Virus record (IMG/VR): IMGVR_UViG_3300019487_000004
Span: 1-64,000 of that record
DNA from: a virus
DNA length: 64,000 nt
Reading direction: 5' to 3' (one strand)
Under the pieces are notes generated by a model, which was not told the origin of the DNA, did not search any database, and was given only the letters and a program-made list of their open reading frames with translations. The stretch's first letter is position 1. Each line of letters opens with the position of its first letter. Positions 8,791 to 15,419 of the stretch are shown here, one piece after another. A program made the translations under genes and the position numbers.

Positions 8791-9030
8791 ATGGCGCGTC
8801 GACGTAAGAAGCAGCTCGCCGACTTCGGGCCGAACATTCGGCAGTACCTATCGATCCGCGACGGCATCAAAGGTGTCCGCGCCGCGCTCGACAAGAACCG
8901 CTGCCTCGATGCCTTCGCGATCGTGAAGCACACCGAGCGCGTGATCGGTCGTTCGGCGCCACTGACCGCCGACGATCGCGGCAACTACGACGCCGAGCTG
9001 AGTCGCTTCAAGCGGCAGTGCGTTCGCTGA
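8791..9030 (+). CDS. small protein (MARRRKKQ...)
   Basis: ATG immediately after the upstream TAG. Confidence 0.55.
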   Translation: MARRRKKQLADFGPNIRQYLSIRDGIKGVRAALDKNRCLDAFAIVKHTERVIGRSAPLTADDRGNYDAELSRFKRQCVR

Positions 9031-9064
9031 ACGGTCGGCATTCGGCTCTGGTAGGCTCGGGGGC

Positions 9065-10336
9065 GTGGCAGCGATCCTCCCCCATCTGGCAGAGCCCAAC
9101 GAGATGTCAGACGTCGAGCGCGCGTATGACAGCTGCGCGTCGTCGCTGAGCGGCCCCGACCTCGGCGAAGGGCACCCGGCGTGTCCGTCCCCCGACGCTG
9201 TCGTCGCCGATGCCCACGCGGGGCTGCTCACGATGACGTTCGTCCGTGACGCGGTCTTCACGAGCCTGCAGGGCAAGCAATTCATCGTAAAGCCCGGGAA
9301 CAAAGAGGGAAAAGACCTCAAGACGGTCTACATCGTCCTCGACCAGCCGATCGGGCCCGGTCCGGCCTGGAACCCAGCGACCAACCCCGACGTCAACCAG
9401 TACGCGCTACTCAGCTGGACGTCGAAGATGAACGCGCCGAGTTGGTCGATCCCGGCCGGCGCGCCGCAGATCGGTGGCGCGTGCCCCGGCGCGGTCGCGG
9501 GGCAGTCGATCGTGCCGCCGCAGGCGCTGGTCGCTGCGCGGCGCCACGTCAACATCGGCCTTGGGCTTCCCGAAGAAACGCCGCCACGCCTCGCTGCTGC
9601 GATCTGCGAGCATTGCTACGCGACCGGTGGCCAGTACTCGACGGGTCAGGTGCAGTTCGCGCAGGAGCTGCGGTTTCTGTGGGCGCGCCAGGCTATCCAC
9701 ACGCCCGCGATGGGCCCCAACGGCGTCGCGTCGACGGCATTCGTCGAGACGATGGTCTACGCGATCGACAACGCCGACTTCAAGCTGCGTGGCGGCACCG
9801 ACTTGCCTCCCGAGCCGACGGGCAAGCGGTTCTTCCGCATTCACGACTCGGGCGATTTCTTCGAAGCCGAGTACCTGCGCCAGTGGAAGATGATCGCGGA
9901 TCGGCTTCCGGACATCACGTTCTGGGCGCCGTCGCGCATCTGGGCAACGAGCTGGGGCACCGAAGCCGTCAACGAGATCAACGCGGGCCCGAGCAACCTC
10001 ATCATCCGACCGAGCGCCTACGAGGTGAACGAGCCCGGTCCACGCGATCTCGGGCCTGGCTGGGCTGGCCCCACGACGGTGATCGATGTGAAGCAGAACC
10101 TCGGTATGTCGCCCGATCGCGAGCAGTACGTCGCGCAGCGCGAGCAGAAGAACGAAGCACGCGGCGGCACCGACCCGCGCTACACATGGGACTGCCGCGC
10201 GTACGCCACCGACGACGCGAAGCACACGTGCCGCAAGGCTGTCGCACCTCCCGGCCTCGGTGACAGCGTCACTGGCAAGGGCTGCCGTGCGTGCTGGATT
10301 GCACCCACCGAGATCGTCAACTACTCGCTCCACTAA
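9065..10336 (+). CDS. Cys-rich phage protein, GP88-like (tentative)
   Basis: WSIPAG..GGACPGA, CEHCYATGGQY, FFRIHDSGDFF and C-terminal CRACW resemble the phage GP88 family as I recall it. GTG start uncertain. Confidence 0.45.
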   Translation: MAAILPHLAEPNEMSDVERAYDSCASSLSGPDLGEGHPACPSPDAVVADAHAGLLTMTFVRDAVFTSLQGKQFIVKPGNKEGKDLKTVYIVLDQPIGPGPAWNPATNPDVNQYALLSWTSKMNAPSWSIPAGAPQIGGACPGAVAGQSIVPPQALVAARRHVNIGLGLPEETPPRLAAAICEHCYATGGQYSTGQVQFAQELRFLWARQAIHTPAMGPNGVASTAFVETMVYAIDNADFKLRGGTDLPPEPTGKRFFRIHDSGDFFEAEYLRQWKMIADRLPDITFWAPSRIWATSWGTEAVNEINAGPSNLIIRPSAYEVNEPGPRDLGPGWAGPTTVIDVKQNLGMSPDREQYVAQREQKNEARGGTDPRYTWDCRAYATDDAKHTCRKAVAPPGLGDSVTGKGCRACWIAPTEIVNYSLH

Positions 10337-10992
10337 TGAACCGCGCAGCGCTCTACATGGTTGGTGTCGGTGGCCTCGTGCTCGGGGCCGCCGCACTCGC
10401 GCTGCGTCCGCCACGCCGGCAGCTCCGCGGCCCATCGATGATCAAGACGATCGCGAGCGAGGCCAAGAGCCCGCAGGAGTACGCACGCCGGGTCGAAGCG
10501 TGGAACGCTGCGGAGGCGACGCCGGCATCGATCACCGCGCTCGCGAAGGCCTACCGAGGCGCGAGTCCAGCAACAACGGCGCGGCTCATTCGTGAGGCTC
10601 GTGAGGCGCGACTCGAACAACGCGAGCGGCACTGGTCGCACATGTCCCGAGGCTTGCGCGGGCGGAAGCTGCCGGCAGGGCCGCGCTCGATCGACGTGAA
10701 GAAGATCTTCGCGTGGGCGCCGAAGGTCGACGAGACGATCGTCGACGTCGAAGAGGGCCGCACTTCACGAAGCACGGATCAGCCTATCGTGGTGTCGCAG
10801 CTCGATACGCCACGCGGCGGCTTCTGGATCGTCGACGGGCATCACCGCGTCGTCGAAGCGGTGCAGCGCGGCGACTCCAAGATCAACGTCGTCATCGACG
10901 AACACCTGCCGCGGGTCGAGCGCACGGGCGGGGGGTACACGAGCGTGCTCAGCAACCGCGTCAACGTCGCGCAGCGCGTGGGCCGCAAGTAG
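10336..10992 (+). CDS. ParB-like nuclease domain protein with N-terminal TM helix
   Basis: TAATG overlap. IVDGHHRVVEAV is the DGxHR core of ParB/sulfiredoxin-fold domains. N-terminal hydrophobic segment. Confidence 0.6.
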   Translation: MNRAALYMVGVGGLVLGAAALALRPPRRQLRGPSMIKTIASEAKSPQEYARRVEAWNAAEATPASITALAKAYRGASPATTARLIREAREARLEQRERHWSHMSRGLRGRKLPAGPRSIDVKKIFAWAPKVDETIVDVEEGRTSRSTDQPIVVSQLDTPRGGFWIVDGHHRVVEAVQRGDSKINVVIDEHLPRVERTGGGYTSVLSNRVNVAQRVGRK

Positions 10993-11005
10993 AATAGGAG
11001 TCGTC

Positions 11006-11437
11006 ATGGCGAAGAAGAAACAGCCTGCCGAGAAGCCCAACGTGCCGTGCCTCCGTGTCGTCGTCGGCGGCAAGAAGGGCGAGGCTGGCGGCGCTGACGC
11101 CACGGGCTGCAAGATCGTCGGCGAGAGCCGTGGTGGCGCCGGCAAATTCCACCTCGGCAAAGAATTCGGTGCGACGAGCAAGAGCGTCTCGACGCCTAAG
11201 AAGAACAAGCCGTGCCTCGGCGCCCTCGATCGCAAGGGCTGCCCGGTGCAGCTCGCGTTCGACAAGGGCCAGCCATTCCTACGCTTCTGCACGACCGAGA
11301 AGAAGGCGGGCATTCGCATCAACGTTGGCTCACCGGCAGAAGCAACCGCCGAGGCCAAGCGCATGTGCGACGCGTGGGAGCAGAACAATCGAACGTTCCC
11401 GCAGACCGCGACGCAGCAGCTCGGCCGTCGCAAGTAG
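11006..11437 (+). CDS. basic protein (MAKKKQP...) ending QLGRRK
   Basis: Track ORF preceded by AGGAG. Confidence 0.55.
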   Translation: MAKKKQPAEKPNVPCLRVVVGGKKGEAGGADATGCKIVGESRGGAGKFHLGKEFGATSKSVSTPKKNKPCLGALDRKGCPVQLAFDKGQPFLRFCTTEKKAGIRINVGSPAEATAEAKRMCDAWEQNNRTFPQTATQQLGRRK

Positions 11438-11504
11438 CGGCCTATTGTTAAGCGGAGATCTTCAGCGACACCCCGGAAATAGGGTGTGTGATACTCCCTA
11501 GGTC

Positions 11505-12257
11505 ATGACTCGGCTAATCGAGGTTGTTTCCTTCACGGACGTCCCCGGCGGCGACACGGTCGAGTTGCCCCACCACATCAATCTCAACGGCACCGCGACG
11601 GCACCCGATTTTGTCGCGACCGACGTCGGCGGCTTCAGCGTCAGCGTCAGCGCCAGCGCGGTAACCGTCACCAACAGCGGTGAGGATGCCGCGACGATCA
11701 ACGTGTGGTTGGAGCTGAAGCACTCGATCGCACGTCAGCTTGGCGGCGGCGTCGCGGACCTCTCGCCACGCCCGTTCATCGCAGCCAGTGGCGGCGGCGG
11801 TGGCGGCAGCATCGGTGGTGGCGGTACGCAAAACAAGGTTCCGCTGTGGACGCCCAACGGTACGACGCTTGGCGACTCGCCGATCGAAGTCGACAGCGAA
11901 GGCGGCGCTGTTGTCGTTCAGCAGACCCTGGCCGTCAACGGCAACGCCAGTGTCAACGGCGGCTCGCTCACCGCGACGACACCCGAAGGCACCGGCAACC
12001 ACATCCTGCAGGGTCAGGATGGCGGCAACACCTGCCTATTCCGCGTCAACTCGTCGGGCACGATCTCGATGGCCATCAACGGCAACGACAAGTTCATCGC
12101 GCAGCCGACCGGCATCAATATCCCCGACGGTATTGGCTTCTTCGGTGAAGGTCCCATCACGGCGAAGCAGAGCATCACGGGCGCGACCGCGCAGGATCAG
12201 ATCGACTCGATCGTTACAGCGCTCGTGACGTTTGGCCTCGTGACCGACGATCGTTAG
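11505..12257 (+). CDS. fibre-like protein, paralog 3
   Basis: N-domain homologous to the two other paralogs, GGGGGGSIGGGG linker. C-terminus ...IDSIVTALVTFGLVTDDR resembles endings of actinophage minor tail/fibre proteins (from memory). Confidence 0.6.
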   Translation: MTRLIEVVSFTDVPGGDTVELPHHINLNGTATAPDFVATDVGGFSVSVSASAVTVTNSGEDAATINVWLELKHSIARQLGGGVADLSPRPFIAASGGGGGGSIGGGGTQNKVPLWTPNGTTLGDSPIEVDSEGGAVVVQQTLAVNGNASVNGGSLTATTPEGTGNHILQGQDGGNTCLFRVNSSGTISMAINGNDKFIAQPTGINIPDGIGFFGEGPITAKQSITGATAQDQIDSIVTALVTFGLVTDDR

Positions 12258-12925
12258 TCGTCGACCCACATCCGCTTGAGGTTGACCACGCTGCGCTGCA
12301 GAAGGTCCATCTCGCGGGTCTTCCCGAGCTTGCCGAAGAGCACGGCGTTCGCGGTGTCCAGCTCGAACACCAGCTCGCGCTTGTGCGCGTCACGAATGAG
12401 GCTGCGCACCCAGCCCACCGCGACGACGCGCACGCCGCTCACGACAGGCTCGACGCGATGAAGCGTTGTCGCCGGATAGAGAACTACGGCGCCCATCGAG
12501 AGCTTGACCGGGCGCTCGTCGTTGTCCTCGATCACCAGCTCGCCGCCTTGGTAGCTGAACGGGTCGGACAAGAACACGGTGAAGCTGACGTCACGGCGTA
12601 GCGGCACCCGCTGTGGTCCCGTGATGAGCGGGCTATCGATGTGCGAGCCGTAGCTCGCGCCCACCTTGTAGCGGCTGAACATCACCGCTACGTCACGTGG
12701 CATTGCTGCCGCGACGAACAGCGGATTGCGTAGGAGCGCGTTGGCGACGATCCGGCGCTCGGCCTCGGTCTCGTGCTCGGTAGCCTGCTCGTTGCGTTTG
12801 ACCGACGCGCCATGCATACCCGCGGTCTTTGCGCCGTCGTACCACGAGGTTGCGTCGAGCTTCTGCGCCAGCAGCGCGCATTCGTCGCGGGTCAACACGT
12901 CATGAATGATGAGCGGGCTGTTCAC
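12254..12925 (-). CDS. Fe(II)/2-oxoglutarate-dependent oxygenase, PiuC/PKHD-hydroxylase-like
   Basis: YGSHIDS (HxD) plus TTLHRV (distal His) facial triad, with length and layout of the YbiX/PiuC family. GTG start. Confidence 0.7.
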   Translation of the reverse strand: MNSPLIIHDVLTRDECALLAQKLDATSWYDGAKTAGMHGASVKRNEQATEHETEAERRIVANALLRNPLFVAAAMPRDVAVMFSRYKVGASYGSHIDSPLITGPQRVPLRRDVSFTVFLSDPFSYQGGELVIEDNDERPVKLSMGAVVLYPATTLHRVEPVVSGVRVVAVGWVRSLIRDAHKRELVFELDTANAVLFGKLGKTREMDLLQRSVVNLKRMWVDD

Positions 12926-12934
12926 GACGCCAGG

Positions 12935-12954
12935 CTAGTCGTCGGGGCTGACAG
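12935..12954 (-). promoter_or_regulatory. conserved upstream 20-mer, copy 1 (minus strand CTGTCAGCCCCGACGACTAG)
   Basis: 10 nt upstream of the oxygenase start. Near-identical copies at 17762..17781 and 56271..56290. Confidence 0.35.
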
Positions 12955-12959
12955 CCACG

Positions 12960-13820
12960 TCAGAGGAGTGCACGGAACGCACTGAGCGCGTGGATCGCGG
13001 TCTGCTGGTGCGACGGCTCGCGCAGCGGATGCGTGCGCTGTGGGTTGGGCACGAGCACCGGGTCGAGGTTGATCTCCCAGACCACGATGCCGCCCTCGGG
13101 GCGCAGGCTGTAATCGATGCGCCCGTAGTCGATCGAGCCCAGCTCGAACGCGGTGACGACCTCACGCGGCACCTCCGCGTTCAAGAAAGCGGCCTCTTCC
13201 TCGATCAGCTTGGGCGTGATCGTGTCCGCCTTGCGCACGCACCAGCTCTCGCTGAACAGTACGTGGCGGGGGATGATGCGGTCACCGATGCGCAGCACGC
13301 TGTATTTCGCGTAGAGCCCGTCGGCGCGCTTGGTGTCGAAGAACTCCGAGACCATTGCGTCGGGGTGCGCCCCGAGCACGTCGCGGATCGTGCTGAGCTG
13401 CGTGAGGTCGGTGACGAGGGGCGACTCGCGGCCCGTGTGGTGCACCGAGCGCACGATCACCGGCAGTCGCACGGCGGCTACGTCCTGCAGCGCGAACGCA
13501 CGGAACGGGTTGATGCCGGCGCGATGGAGCCGATCGAGTAGCGCTAGGCGCCCCGACACACGTGACGGCATGTTCAGAATTCGTCGACCCGCCGCGATCA
13601 GCTTGCACTCGGCGTCGAGCGCATGCTGATGCTCCTCGGGCGTGCAGAGGTCGCGGCTCAGGAACACCCACGTCGCCTCGAAGTTGAGAACGCGGTGGAT
13701 GTCGCGGTACTCGACGACGCAGAAGCGCTTGCTCAGCTCGGGCGCGCGTCCATACGTGAACTCGTCGACATTGACGGCCGGCAGACGTGGCGTGACGAAG
13801 ACGATCATAGTAGGCCTCAA
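12960..13820 (-). CDS. ATP-grasp fold protein (tentative)
   Basis: C-terminal YGRIDYSL..GGIVVWEINLDP resembles the Mg-ATP-binding end of ATP-grasp ligases. Confidence 0.45.
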   Translation of the reverse strand: MRPTMIVFVTPRLPAVNVDEFTYGRAPELSKRFCVVEYRDIHRVLNFEATWVFLSRDLCTPEEHQHALDAECKLIAAGRRILNMPSRVSGRLALLDRLHRAGINPFRAFALQDVAAVRLPVIVRSVHHTGRESPLVTDLTQLSTIRDVLGAHPDAMVSEFFDTKRADGLYAKYSVLRIGDRIIPRHVLFSESWCVRKADTITPKLIEEEAAFLNAEVPREVVTAFELGSIDYGRIDYSLRPEGGIVVWEINLDPVLVPNPQRTHPLREPSHQQTAIHALSAFRALL

Positions 13821-14134
13821 TGCAGGAAGTAGATGTCCTCGATGTAGTCGGGCATCGCGCCATATTCAAACGCCCACCACTCACGGTAGTGCTCGAACGA
13901 GCCTGCGAAGCCACGAGGCTGGGTAACCGGTCCATAGACAGGCCACGCGGCGTACCAGCGCGAATAGTAGCGCTCGCCGCCATTCTCGCCGAACGAGCAG
14001 TGCGACCGCGCGTAGACATGCACACCGTCAGCGCGGACCCACTCGTTCATGTCGCGATCGTACCGCCACATGCCTGGCAGCTCGCGCCGTAGCACGTCGA
14101 TGATGCGCCGCTTACGTCGTGCGGGCCGCATCAC
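13817..14134 (-). CDS. hypothetical protein, W/Y-rich
   Basis: ATGA overlap with the downstream gene; high GC3. Confidence 0.5.
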   Translation of the reverse strand: MMRPARRKRRIIDVLRRELPGMWRYDRDMNEWVRADGVHVYARSHCSFGENGGERYYSRWYAAWPVYGPVTQPRGFAGSFEHYREWWAFEYGAMPDYIEDIYFLH

Positions 14135-14390
14135 TTTTGCGGATCGCCTCGGTCACGCGGCTCGGGTGATACCCAGCGGCGTGATAGCCGTACCCACTAC
14201 CGGTGCACGCCCAGCCGACCCAGGCATGGCAGGTCGGGCATTCGACAGACGGCGGATCGACGCACGTTGTACCCAGCTCGCCCTCGCCTCGCTTGCAGCG
14301 TCGGCAGTACGCGAGCACGACTTCGCCATTTCGGTCGTAGATGTGCGAGGTGGCGTCGGGGTCGCCGGTCTTGATCAGGTCGTGTTTCAT
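14112..14390 (-). CDS. Cys-rich zinc-ribbon-like protein
   Basis: Start trimmed to ATG 14390. CRRC...C...CPTC pattern. Confidence 0.45.
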   Translation of the reverse strand: MKHDLIKTGDPDATSHIYDRNGEVVLAYCRRCKRGEGELGTTCVDPPSVECPTCHAWVGWACTGSGYGYHAAGYHPSRVTEAIRKSDAARTT

Positions 14391-14397
14391 CAGGACC

Positions 14398-14562
14398 TCA
14401 GTGCTTGTGGATGTGTTTGATGTGCGAAGCGCATGTAGCGCAGCCCGATGCATGTCGCAGCAGCAGCTTCGTATAGCGCGATAGCGACATCCCGCGCGCC
14501 TCGGCCTCCGCATGGAGCCGATCACGCGTCTCGACGTTCACCTCGATCGTCACGCGAGGCAT
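14398..14562 (-). CDS. ribbon-helix-helix (CopG/Arc-like) protein
   Basis: MPRVTIEVNVETRDRLHAEAEARGMSLSRYTKLLL has a beta-strand/helix/helix pattern. ATGA overlap with the phosphatase gene. Confidence 0.55.
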   Translation of the reverse strand: MPRVTIEVNVETRDRLHAEAEARGMSLSRYTKLLLRHASGCATCASHIKHIHKH

Positions 14563-15209
14563 CAGTGTTTGTCCGAGCGGATCAGCGCCTCGAAGTACTG
14601 GTTGCTGAGTAGATGCTTGCCACGCGCGTGGCGCAACAGCGTGATCGCGTCCTCGGGGTCGGTGCCGGCGAGCTTCATCGCCCACGCCGCAACCCACGCT
14701 GAACGGTTGATGCCGGCGAAGCAGCACACGAGGACCTGCTGGCCCTTGGCGACCTCGGCCGCGACGAACCGCGCCGCGACGTTCGCAATGCGGTACTCGT
14801 GCTCCGTCGGTGCACCGGCATCCTGTAGCGGCGCATGGAACACGACGCGATTTGGGTGATGTGCGGCGTGTACCGGGCACTCCTTCGCGACGCTGACGAT
14901 CACGCCAATGCCAGCGTAGTCGTGCACCTGATCGAGCAGCCCCATCGGTGGATGGGCGCCGACGAAGATGTTCGGCGTGATCATCGTGATGTCGGGATAG
15001 GACTCGCGAACGAACGACTCTTCACGTGGGTTGGGCATGGGGCCTTTCGGGATGTGCGAGATGAATCGGCGATCGACGATGGTACGTTGCTCGTCGGTCA
15101 TCGCCCACCACAGCGCATTGAGACGGTGCCACGTGTCGAGCGCGGTTGGTTCGTGGCTGTGCTTGATGACCTCGTCCATCAGCGCGAGGTACTTGGTCAT
15201 GGCGGGCAT
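14562..15209 (-). CDS. dual-specificity / Tyr-type protein phosphatase
   Basis: VLVCCFAGINRS contains the CX5R(S/T) P-loop of PTP/DSP phosphatases. Confidence 0.7.
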   Translation of the reverse strand: MPAMTKYLALMDEVIKHSHEPTALDTWHRLNALWWAMTDEQRTIVDRRFISHIPKGPMPNPREESFVRESYPDITMITPNIFVGAHPPMGLLDQVHDYAGIGVIVSVAKECPVHAAHHPNRVVFHAPLQDAGAPTEHEYRIANVAARFVAAEVAKGQQVLVCCFAGINRSAWVAAWAMKLAGTDPEDAITLLRHARGKHLLSNQYFEALIRSDKH

Positions 15210-15419
15210 CTAACTCAACCTACGCTCGTCTTCGAGCCGGCTGACACGAGCGTGCAAATCGCCGAGGTGCCGTTCGATTCGCTGCAGGCTGCGGTTCGTT
15301 TCTTCGACGATCGCTTGCACGAGGATACGCGTGATCGCGGTCAGCACCGCATCGACCCGCATCCTGCCCTCGTCGCAGAGCTTCTCGACCCGCGCGAACG
15401 TCGCCCCGATCCCGATCAT
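15210..15419 (-). CDS. hypothetical protein (69 aa)
   Basis: Start trimmed to the ATG overlapping the vWA gene stop (ATGA). Confidence 0.45.
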   Translation of the reverse strand: MIGIGATFARVEKLCDEGRMRVDAVLTAITRILVQAIVEETNRSLQRIERHLGDLHARVSRLEDERRLS

